Origin: Methanomassiliicoccaceae archaeon
Lineage (GTDB): Archaea > Thermoplasmatota > Thermoplasmata > Methanomassiliicoccales > Methanomassiliicoccaceae
NCBI GenBank assembly: GCA_963728405.1
Contig: CAVSJV010000003.1
Location: 32,001 to 96,000, forward strand
DNA: 64,000 nucleotides
Reading direction: 5' to 3'
The first letter of the stretch is position 1. The number at the start of each line of letters is the position of its first letter. This document shows positions 34,921 to 43,294 of the stretch, one piece after another. A model generated the notes under the pieces. The model saw nothing but the letters and a program-made list of their open reading frames with translations. It did no database searches and had not been told where the DNA came from. The translations under genes were made by a program, and so were the position numbers.

Positions 34921-35130
34921 TACATAAAATATGGGAAAATGGAATGAGCTGGAAGGAGCGGACAGGAGCTATGATCGAGTTCGATCATTACTTTACAATG
35001 TCACAGGCCTCGGTTGGGGTGGGATGTTCCTGCCGGTACCGAATAAGCTCATACCTGCTTGATGGCGTTAATGTCAGGGCTCGTCCAGTTAGAATTAATA
35101 GCCCGGTAACGCTCTAGTGGTCCGAGCACC

Positions 35131-36453
35131 ATGGGCGTCGACGAGCGCATGCTGAAGGAGCTGGGCATCCAGAGCGTGGAGGAGCTGTTTTCGGACATCC
35201 CGCCATCCATACGGACCACCGGTATCGATCTTCCGGACGGCCTGTCGGAAATGGAGGTCATCAATGCTGTCCGCGCGATGCTCTCCAAGAACGTCACTGC
35301 TGCCGACCATCCCTGCTTTTTGGGTGGGGGAGTGTACAACCATTTCGTCCCTTCGGCCGTGAAGAGCATCGTCTCCCGTTCCGAGTTCCTTACTTCCTAT
35401 ACTCCCTATCAGGCGGAGATCAGTCAGGGCATGCTCCAGTCCCTGTTCGAGTACCAGAGCTATATCGCCGAGCTTACGGGCCTGGAGGCGGTGAACTCCT
35501 CGAACTACGACGCGTCCACCGCTCTGGGCGAAGCGGCCACCATGTGCCACCGCATCAACGGGAAGAGGAAGTTTCTCATCCCCGAGGCCATCAGCTGGGA
35601 CAAAAGGAGCGTGCTGAACAATTACGTCAAGGGCGTGGGTATGCAGGTCGTCGATTACGGCTTTGACCCTCTGACCGGCGAGGCGGACCTAGGGGACCTC
35701 CGGGCGAAGATGGACGGGGACGTCTCGGGCGTCTACATCGAGGTTCCCAACTTCCTTGGGGTGATCGATAGACAGGTCACCGAGATCAAAAAGGAGTTCA
35801 TGGACCCGGCGCTGGTGGTGGGCGTGGACCCTATCTCCCTTGGCGTTCTCAAGGCTCCCGCCAATTACGGGGCGGACATCGTCATCGGAGAAGGTCAGTC
35901 GCTTGGATCATCGATGAACTTCGGCGGCCCCCTGCTCGGCCTGTTCGGCTGCCGGCAGGAGCATGTGAGAAAGATGCCTGGGCGGGTCATTGGCATGACC
36001 AGGGACGCCTCGGGAAAGAGAGCATTCTGCATGACCCTACAGACCAGAGAGCAGCACATTCGCAGGGAGAAGGCCACGTCGAACATATGCACCAACGAGG
36101 CACTGATGGCCGTCGCCTCGGCCGTATACCTGGCCGTGGTCGGACGGGATGGCCTGAGGTCCCTGGCCAAGCTGAACATGGAAAGGGCCAAAGCCACCAT
36201 GGATGCGATGTGCTCGCTCAAGGGCTTCGATTGCCCGGCGCTACGCGCCTATCACTTCAACGAGTTCGCGGTGCGGACACCGATGAGACCGGAAAAGCTG
36301 TCGAAGATACTTCTCAGAAAGGGCATCATCGGAGGCCTGCCCCTGGCCAAGCACGTTCCAGAGATGGGCGACTGCATGCTGTTCGCTGCCACCGAACTTA
36401 CCACGGATGAGGACATAGGAAAGCTGGTCGCTGCGCTGGAGGAAGTGGCATGA
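35131..36453 (+). CDS. gcvPA: Glycine cleavage system P protein subunit 1
   Basis: FLGGGVYNH, TSYTPYQAEISQG, LQTREQHIRREKATSNIC. Confidence 0.96.
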   Translation: MGVDERMLKELGIQSVEELFSDIPPSIRTTGIDLPDGLSEMEVINAVRAMLSKNVTAADHPCFLGGGVYNHFVPSAVKSIVSRSEFLTSYTPYQAEISQGMLQSLFEYQSYIAELTGLEAVNSSNYDASTALGEAATMCHRINGKRKFLIPEAISWDKRSVLNNYVKGVGMQVVDYGFDPLTGEADLGDLRAKMDGDVSGVYIEVPNFLGVIDRQVTEIKKEFMDPALVVGVDPISLGVLKAPANYGADIVIGEGQSLGSSMNFGGPLLGLFGCRQEHVRKMPGRVIGMTRDASGKRAFCMTLQTREQHIRREKATSNICTNEALMAVASAVYLAVVGRDGLRSLAKLNMERAKATMDAMCSLKGFDCPALRAYHFNEFAVRTPMRPEKLSKILLRKGIIGGLPLAKHVPEMGDCMLFAATELTTDEDIGKLVAALEEVA

Positions 36454-37979
36454 GCTATCGACAGGCCAATTACGACATAAGGCTGATCTTCGAGATGAAG
36501 GGCGAGACGGACTTCTCACTGCCTCGTGCAAAAGAAGTGGTCCCCGTGCCAGAGAACCTGCTGAGGACCGAGCTGGCCATCCCGAACCTGTCCGAGCGAG
36601 AAGTGGTGAAGCATTACACGAACCTATCCCAGATGAACTATGGCGTGGACAACGGCTTCTATCCGCTGGGCAGCTGCACCATGAAATACAACCCGAAGTA
36701 CGCCGACCTGCTGGCCGCTCTGCCCACCGTTGCCGACGTCCATCCGCTGGAGGACGAGGAAGGGGTGCAGGGCTCTCTGAGACTGCTGTACGAGATGGAG
36801 CGAGCGCTGTGCGCTATCTCCGGCATGGATGCGGTGAGCTTGCAGCCGGCGGCGGGAGCGCAAGGTGAGTTCACGGGCATGCTGATAACAAAGGCGTTTC
36901 ATGACGCCAACGGCCAGGACCGGAGAGAGGTCATCGTTCCGGACAGTGCTCATGGCACTAACCCCGCCTCGGCGGCCATGGCCGGATATGACATCATCGT
37001 CGTCCCCACCTCATCGGAGGGCGGTCTCGACATTAAGGCTCTGGAGGAGGCGGTGTCCGAACGCACCGCGGCGTTCATGATCACCAACCCCAACACCCTG
37101 GGCATCTTCGAGGAGAATATCGAACGGATCGCCCAGATCATACACGGGGCCGGTGGGTTGCTGTACTATGATGGGGCTAACTTGAACGCGATCATGGGCA
37201 AGACCAGCCCGGGCATCATGGACTTTGACATCGTGCATTTCAATCTGCACAAGACCTTCGCCACCCCTCATGGCGGAGGAGGCCCAGGAGCCGGACCGGT
37301 CGGCGTGAAGAAAGAGCTGGAACGATTCCTCCCGGTGCCCCGGGTAGTCCTCGAGGACGGCTTCTATCACCTCGACCTCGATCGGCCCTATAGCATCGGC
37401 AAGGTCCGCTCGTTCTACGGCAACTTCGCGGTGCTGGTGCGCGCCTATGCTTACATCCTGAGACAGGGGGGCAACGGGCTCAAGGATGCATCGGAGAAGG
37501 CGGTACTGAACGCCAACTATCTCAGAAAGAGGTTGACGACCACATACAATATGCCGTTCAAGGAGCTGAGGAAGCACGAGTTCGTCCTGTCGGCCCGGAA
37601 GCTGAAGGACGAGAAGGGCGTTCGCGCCGTGGACGTGTCCAAACGGCTGTTGGACCATGGGATGATGGCACCGACCATATACTTCCCGGCACTGGTGGAC
37701 GAAGCCCTGATGATCGAGCCCACCGAGACGGAAACGAAGGAGACGCTCGACCGGTTCGTCGAGGTGATGCTCGCCATTGCCAAGGAAGACCCTCAGCTGC
37801 TGAAGGACGCCCCCCATAACACCGCGGTGCGTCGGCTGGACGAGGTCTACGCGGCCAAGGAACTATTGCTGAGCTACTTAGGGATCCGTAAGAAGATGAG
37901 CGGCAACCTGGCCGGACTGAGAGCGAACGCCGAGGGACGGAAATGCGAATCGTGCGCCCTGATCCTCGAAAATAAGTGA
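36450..37979 (+). CDS. gcvPB: Glycine cleavage system P protein subunit 2
   Basis: YPLGSCTMKYNP, SAHGTNPASA, NLHKTFATPHGGGGPG, EPTETE. Confidence 0.96.
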   Translation: MSYRQANYDIRLIFEMKGETDFSLPRAKEVVPVPENLLRTELAIPNLSEREVVKHYTNLSQMNYGVDNGFYPLGSCTMKYNPKYADLLAALPTVADVHPLEDEEGVQGSLRLLYEMERALCAISGMDAVSLQPAAGAQGEFTGMLITKAFHDANGQDRREVIVPDSAHGTNPASAAMAGYDIIVVPTSSEGGLDIKALEEAVSERTAAFMITNPNTLGIFEENIERIAQIIHGAGGLLYYDGANLNAIMGKTSPGIMDFDIVHFNLHKTFATPHGGGGPGAGPVGVKKELERFLPVPRVVLEDGFYHLDLDRPYSIGKVRSFYGNFAVLVRAYAYILRQGGNGLKDASEKAVLNANYLRKRLTTTYNMPFKELRKHEFVLSARKLKDEKGVRAVDVSKRLLDHGMMAPTIYFPALVDEALMIEPTETETKETLDRFVEVMLAIAKEDPQLLKDAPHNTAVRRLDEVYAAKELLLSYLGIRKKMSGNLAGLRANAEGRKCESCALILENK

Positions 37980-38040
37980 GGTCATGAACATGCGAGATGA
38001 GCTGGAGGGAGCGTCCGCGGTCGAGTCTCGGGTACAAAGG

Positions 38041-38667
38041 ATGGCGATAACGCTGGCGGATACGAAGCCAGCCGGGCGGTTCTTCGTCTTCGAGGGCATC
38101 GACGGCTCGGGCAAGAGCACCGTGTCCCGGCTTTTCGCCGAGAGGCTGGCCGCGACCGGACGCCCCGTGGAATGGACAGCCGAGCCAACCTCTGGGTGGA
38201 TCGGCGATCAGGTTAGAAGAGCGAACAAGGAGGCGCATAGCGACTTCGCCGAGACGCTGCTGTACGTCGCCGACCGGGCCGAACATACCGCCCAGATCAT
38301 CGGATGGCTGGGGGACGGCCGTTCCGTGGTCGGTGACCGCTATGTCGGCAGCACCTTGGCCTATCAGAGCGTGACCCTACGCCCGCACCTGGGCTCAAAG
38401 GCGCTGGAATGGCTAAAGATGGTCAATGAACCGTTCGTGGTCCGGCCGGATATGACCTTTCTCCTGCGCATCGATCCGGACCTGGCCCTGGCCCGCCTAT
38501 CGAATAGGAAAGAGAAAGAGAAGTTCGAGAAGGTAGAGTTCCTCCGCAAGGTTGCGGCCATGTATGACCGGCTGGCCGACGCGGACCCCTCTTACATCGT
38601 GGTGGACGCGTCCCTGAGCACGAACGAGGTCCTGGACAAGGTATGGTCCGCAATGGTCGGAAAATAA
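38041..38667 (+). CDS. tmk: Thymidylate kinase
   Basis: FEGIDGSGKST, ADRAEH, DRY..STLAYQ. Confidence 0.95.
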   Translation: MAITLADTKPAGRFFVFEGIDGSGKSTVSRLFAERLAATGRPVEWTAEPTSGWIGDQVRRANKEAHSDFAETLLYVADRAEHTAQIIGWLGDGRSVVGDRYVGSTLAYQSVTLRPHLGSKALEWLKMVNEPFVVRPDMTFLLRIDPDLALARLSNRKEKEKFEKVEFLRKVAAMYDRLADADPSYIVVDASLSTNEVLDKVWSAMVGK

Positions 38668-38673
38668 CGTCCG

Positions 38674-38714
38674 GGACCCTGGCCTATCGGGGCTAGGCAA
38701 AGGTCCTTTTTTTA
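38674..38714 (+). terminator. Hairpin plus oligo-T terminator after tmk
   Basis: ggacc...ggtcc stem followed by a T run. Confidence 0.5.
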
Positions 38715-38740
38715 TGTACGGCATGCATTGCCGCATACCA

Positions 38741-39556
38741 ATGGTCGCGGACAAGAAGAATGAGAGGACCGACCCGTGCATCGAGTGCATCTCCAAGGAA
38801 AGGGGATCCCACGGAGATGCCTGGAGAAATGTTCACGGCTCATATTTCTCTGACCACGACATCGCCGCGCCGTTCCTGGACGATATCGTGGCCGCGCTCA
38901 ACACCGTCCGGCCGGACGTTATTGCCGACATCGGGGGAGGGACCGGATTCATCCTCCGCGAGCTATCGAACAGGGAAGGTGTTCGAGGGACCAGACTGCT
39001 CAATGTCGATGCGTCCCAGGAACAGCTGGAAGTATGCAGGGGGAGTGGGCTGGAACGCCGGTGCAGTTCGGTCATGGAGATCGAGCGGGGGGACCTGGCG
39101 AGCGAGAATGAATCGTTGACCATCATCAGCCGGTCGGTGCTGCACTATTTCGGACGGGAGGGGCAGCCCTCCTTCCTTCAGAAGTTGCGCTCCCTCCTCC
39201 TGCCGGGAGAGATGTTCATCCATCAGCCCGCCTGCTTTGCCACCCCTGAACTGCGGTCCTGTATGAACGAACTCTATCCGCTCATGGGGGTGGACAAATA
39301 CTATTCTACCCCCCAGGACCTGGAAGAGATGCACCATCGGGCCGGTTTCGATGTACTTCGCTCCCTGCCCGGCCCACCGCTGGACCTGAGATCGGAGGAC
39401 CTGGCCGTTCGCTACGGGCTCGATTCGGAGAGAGTGGAGGAGCTGGTCGATGTCATCCGGCGGTATGGTCTGGACCGGGACGGCGTTTTCGATGTCAGGC
39501 CCGGCGGGTTCCGGACCGAGTTCACCTACCGCATCCTGACGCTGAGGGCGGTTTGA
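38741..39556 (+). CDS. Class I SAM-dependent methyltransferase
   Basis: IADIGGGTG, NVDAS, SRSVLHY, L.PG motifs. Confidence 0.85.
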   Translation: MVADKKNERTDPCIECISKERGSHGDAWRNVHGSYFSDHDIAAPFLDDIVAALNTVRPDVIADIGGGTGFILRELSNREGVRGTRLLNVDASQEQLEVCRGSGLERRCSSVMEIERGDLASENESLTIISRSVLHYFGREGQPSFLQKLRSLLLPGEMFIHQPACFATPELRSCMNELYPLMGVDKYYSTPQDLEEMHHRAGFDVLRSLPGPPLDLRSEDLAVRYGLDSERVEELVDVIRRYGLDRDGVFDVRPGGFRTEFTYRILTLRAV

Positions 39557-39686
39557 AGAGGCCTTCATTTTGCTTCGCGTTTTCATCAACGTCAACTATA
39601 AATCTCCCGCTACGGGTCTTGCTGTCATCCATTCGTGCGTGGGGAAAATTCCTCTCACCAGGGAGGGAGGAAGCAGCGCCCTTTAT

Positions 39687-40931
39687 GATAAGTGTAAAGG
39701 CAATGGTAATATTACCTGACGGAGATACAACAGCGATGCAACGCACCATGCGCCTCTGGCTTGAGACAAGGCACGAAGATGCTTTAGCCCTGCTCAGAAC
39801 CATGGAGGAGTACACACAGGCGTTCGACATCGTGGCCGAGTGGGGATACCGGAATCACTCGAACAATAAGATAGACGCCCACAAGAATACCTATCGGACG
39901 GTCAGGCAACAGATTCCTAACCTCCCCTCATCCCTGGTCCAATGCGCAAGGGATTGCGCCTGCGAGGCGCTGAGAGGAATGAAAATGAATGGCTCTGCGT
40001 ACCAGCCTAGGCGGAATCCCCATGCTGCTCTAAGATACAACAAGTGCGTTGCATCTGTCTATTTGGAGTCAGGATATGTTACTCTTGCCACAGTATCAGG
40101 TCGTGTCAAAGTCACCTTCATTATCCCGGATTACTTTCATAAGTATGATGGCTGGAAAGTAAGATCCTCTAACTTGATCTACGACCGAAGCTCCAAGACC
40201 TTCTACCTCTGCATAAATCTTGAGACTGATAAAATACCCGATACGACAGTAGAGAAAGGCGTTCTTGGTATCGACCGGGGCATCAAAAACGTCGCCGTTA
40301 CCTCGGATAATCGATTCTTCAACTCCAAGGCGATCAACAACGTGCGCGGCAGGTACGCATACTTGCGCGGGCAGCTTCAGTCAAAAGGCACTCCCTCCGC
40401 AAAACGAAAATTAATGAGATTGAGCGGGCGAGAGAGACGGTTCAAGGCTGACGTGAACCACAGGATCGCTAAGGATATTGTTAACACCCCTTACGGGGTG
40501 TTCGTCCTGGAGGACCTGGCCCACATCGTGGAGAATAGGTTATATAGGAATAAAGGAAGCATAACTCGACATAGGAAGAACCAGAAATTAAGTAATTGGT
40601 CTTTCTACCAGTTCGAGGAGTATCTCCATTATAAGGCAGAGGAAAGAGGCAAGACTGTCATCTTGGTGGACCCGTCCTACACCTCGCAAACGTGTCCGAG
40701 GTGCGGCTGCGTTCATCGGGAGAACCGCCACGGCTCTTCCTTCGAGTGCATCGAATGCGGCTACCAGCTGCACTCGGATCTCGTTGCCTCCAGGAACATC
40801 GCTCAGCTTGGTATATCTGAACTGAGCAGGCTTCTTGTCAACAAGCCAATCGTAGCGTGCCATGACATCAAGGTTGGTTACCTTGGGAGAGGACAGTTAC
40901 AAGCCCTATCGCCGGAGGTGGGGTAGTTGAC
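39687..40931 (+). mobile_element. IS200/IS605-family tnpB-only element (IS1341-like)
   Basis: tnpB gene, lower GC than the flanks, right end agttacaagccc...ggggtagttgac. Left junction inferred after TTTAT (39682-39686). Confidence 0.75.
39736..40926 (+). CDS. tnpB: RNA-guided endonuclease TnpB
   Basis: RuvC I GIDRG, RuvC II VLEDL, zinc finger TSQTCPRCG..CIECG, RuvC III HSDLVASRNI. Confidence 0.95.
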   Translation: MQRTMRLWLETRHEDALALLRTMEEYTQAFDIVAEWGYRNHSNNKIDAHKNTYRTVRQQIPNLPSSLVQCARDCACEALRGMKMNGSAYQPRRNPHAALRYNKCVASVYLESGYVTLATVSGRVKVTFIIPDYFHKYDGWKVRSSNLIYDRSSKTFYLCINLETDKIPDTTVEKGVLGIDRGIKNVAVTSDNRFFNSKAINNVRGRYAYLRGQLQSKGTPSAKRKLMRLSGRERRFKADVNHRIAKDIVNTPYGVFVLEDLAHIVENRLYRNKGSITRHRKNQKLSNWSFYQFEEYLHYKAEERGKTVILVDPSYTSQTCPRCGCVHRENRHGSSFECIECGYQLHSDLVASRNIAQLGISELSRLLVNKPIVACHDIKVGYLGRGQLQALSPEVG

Positions 40932-42129
40932 GCATCCTTCCGAGAGCATCCGGAGCGCCAAGGGACGGCAGCTTGAGGGTAAGAACATCGTCCTGGGGAT
41001 GACCGGAAGCATCGCCGCGGTGGAGTCCTTCGAGCTGGTGCGGGAGCTCATCCGCCATGGTGCGGACGTCCAGGTGGTGATGACCGCCGAGGCGGCCAAG
41101 CTGATGACCCCCTACACCATGGAGTTCGCCAGCGGCCATCGGGTCATCACCGAGCTGACCGGGGCGACCGAGCACATCAGCCTGCTGGGCGACTATCCCG
41201 GAAGGGCGGACCTGTTGCTGGTATCGCCGTGCACGGCGAACACCATTTCCAAGATGGCCCTGGGCATCGACGATACGCCGGTCACGACCATGGCCACGGT
41301 GGCCATCGGGTCGAGGTTGCCGGTGCTGATCGCCCCCGCCATGCACCTGGCCATGTACGAGCACCCCGCGGTGCAGAGGAACGTCGAGGCGCTGAAGAAG
41401 ATGGGCGCGGCGTTCATCGGTCCGACGGTCCAAGGCAAGAAGGCCCGGGTCGCCACCGTCGATGAGATCGTAGAGCGGGTCATCGTCCAGTTCGCTGATG
41501 CCGACCTCAAGGGAAAGAAGGTGCTGATCATCGGCGGCTCCTCCGAAGAACCGATCGACCAAGTAAGGGTGATCACCAACAACGGTACGGGCGAAACGGC
41601 AGTCCAGATCGCTCAGGCCGCGTCCGAGCGGGGGGCCGACGTGGAGCTTTGGACCGGGCGCATGACGGTACCGGTGCCCTCCGGCCTGAAACGCCGGACC
41701 TTTCGACGGGTGGAGGACCTCTTCCTCATGCTTGAGTCGATCGACCACGACGCGGTAATTGTTCCAGCATCTCTCTCGGACTATGCACCAGTGGAGACCA
41801 AGGGGAAGATCCCTTCCGGACGGAAGGAGCTGGAGATCAAGCTGAAAGGCCTGCCCAAAGTGCTGCCAGCCCTTAGGAGGCGGACCAGGGTGCTGGTAGG
41901 GTTCAAGGCCGAGGTGGGGCTAGCAGAAAAGGAACTGCTCCGCCGGGCCAAGGTTCGCCTGGACGAATATCATCTGGATATCATCGTGGCCAACGACCTG
42001 AACAATGTGATGCCATCGCGCACCAAGGCCGTGCTCATCACATCCAAGGGCGAACAGGTCCCCTTTGAAGGGAGCAAAAGAGAGCTGGCCGACCAGGTCC
42101 TGGACGAAGTGTTGAAGGTCCTGGAATGA
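40927..42129 (+). CDS. coaBC: Bifunctional PPC decarboxylase/PPC synthetase; starts at TTG
   Basis: GMTGSIAA, PCTANTISK, PAMH..MY, EPIDQVRVITN..TG, LVGFKAE, IVAND. Confidence 0.95.
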   Translation: MTHPSESIRSAKGRQLEGKNIVLGMTGSIAAVESFELVRELIRHGADVQVVMTAEAAKLMTPYTMEFASGHRVITELTGATEHISLLGDYPGRADLLLVSPCTANTISKMALGIDDTPVTTMATVAIGSRLPVLIAPAMHLAMYEHPAVQRNVEALKKMGAAFIGPTVQGKKARVATVDEIVERVIVQFADADLKGKKVLIIGGSSEEPIDQVRVITNNGTGETAVQIAQAASERGADVELWTGRMTVPVPSGLKRRTFRRVEDLFLMLESIDHDAVIVPASLSDYAPVETKGKIPSGRKELEIKLKGLPKVLPALRRRTRVLVGFKAEVGLAEKELLRRAKVRLDEYHLDIIVANDLNNVMPSRTKAVLITSKGEQVPFEGSKRELADQVLDEVLKVLE

Positions 42130-42995
42130 GAGCGATCGGGTTCTGTCCTGGCCACCTCACCGGATTCTTCTTTCCCTGCGAGCATGATGACCCCCTTCGC
42201 TCGGGCTCTCGCGGAGCAGGGCTGTGCGTGGACAAGGGCGCCACTAGCACTGTCACCGTTTTCGAAGGGCGGGGCGAGGTCGTCGTCACCATCAACGGCC
42301 GGGAAGCAGCGGCGCCGGTCACCCGTTCCACCGTGGCCTGGCTAATGGAGGGAAGGCCGTTCGACCTGACCATTGACACGGTAATGACCCTGCCGGTCAG
42401 CGCGGGGTTCGGTATGAGCGCCGCCGGTGCGTTGTCGGCCGCCTTCGCCCTGGCCGAGGCCTTGGAGCTGCCGCCGGAGAAGGCTTTCGAGGCGGCCCAC
42501 CGGGCCGAGCTTGGTCACCGGACGGGGCTGGGAGACGTGCCCGCCCTGACGAGAGGGGGCATGACCTTCCGCAAGAAAGAAGGCCTGCCGCCCTACGGGC
42601 AGGTGGACCGAATAACCGATCGGCTGGACATCATTGCCGCTGTAGTGGGTGAGGGCATGCACACCGCCAACGTTCTTGGGAACGAAGAACAGAGGTTCAG
42701 GATCGACCAGGCCGGAAGAGAATGCTACATGTCCTTATGCCGCGAACCGACCGTGGATAACTTCTTCCGACAGAGCCGCCAATTCACCGAAATGATCGGC
42801 ATCGCCACCCCCCGGATCATGAGGGCCCTGAGGGACGTGGACGCCTTCGGCCATGGATCGATGATCATGCTCGGCAACGCGGTCTTCGCCACCGGGGACG
42901 TGGACGCCATCGACCGGGCGTTACAGGCCTACGGCCCGACCTATCGGCTCTCCCTCGATACCAAGGGGCCGCGGGTCCTGGATGTCGAGTTCTGA
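42126..42995 (+). CDS. Pantoate kinase (GHMP family)
   Basis: PGHLTGFF, GSRGAG, GFGMSAA, AHRAE...TGLGDV; follows coaBC. Confidence 0.9.
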   Translation: MRAIGFCPGHLTGFFFPCEHDDPLRSGSRGAGLCVDKGATSTVTVFEGRGEVVVTINGREAAAPVTRSTVAWLMEGRPFDLTIDTVMTLPVSAGFGMSAAGALSAAFALAEALELPPEKAFEAAHRAELGHRTGLGDVPALTRGGMTFRKKEGLPPYGQVDRITDRLDIIAAVVGEGMHTANVLGNEEQRFRIDQAGRECYMSLCREPTVDNFFRQSRQFTEMIGIATPRIMRALRDVDAFGHGSMIMLGNAVFATGDVDAIDRALQAYGPTYRLSLDTKGPRVLDVEF

Positions 42996-42998
42996 ACC

Positions 42999-43292
42999 TC
43001 ACTCGTATAAAGTGAAGAGCTTGTCGTCCCCGCCTACATCGAACAGGCCGATGCGGGCCCCACAATCCAGCCAGCCATGGGCATAGTTGACGCTGGCGAA
43101 CGCGTTGACGTAATCTCCTACCGAACGGAAATGAAGGGCGTCATTGTAATAGGAGGTGGCCATGTTGAGGAAGTCCTCGGCCATCCTCCGTCCGAACGAG
43201 CGCTCTGGCGCGGCTATCTTCAGTTTGTCCAGAGCGCGCTTCGTGATGTCGAGGTACTTGGCTAGCTTCTCGTCTGAGATGGTGTCCTTCAT
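42999..43292 (-). CDS. DUF357 protein
   Basis: MATSYYNDA.HF...GDYVNAFASVNYAHGWLD.G.RIG. Confidence 0.88.
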   Translation of the reverse strand: MKDTISDEKLAKYLDITKRALDKLKIAAPERSFGRRMAEDFLNMATSYYNDALHFRSVGDYVNAFASVNYAHGWLDCGARIGLFDVGGDDKLFTLYE

Positions 43293-43294
43293 CT

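Noticed and set aside
34686-35130. Canonical glycine riboswitch before gcvPA
   Set aside because: The GGAGA...CCGAAG...CUCUCAGG consensus is absent.
39590-39598. 9-bp inverted match (cgtcaacta) to the IS right end as the left terminus
   Set aside because: IS200/IS605 elements lack terminal inverted repeats, and this junction would not restore a coaBC start. Kept only as an alternative.
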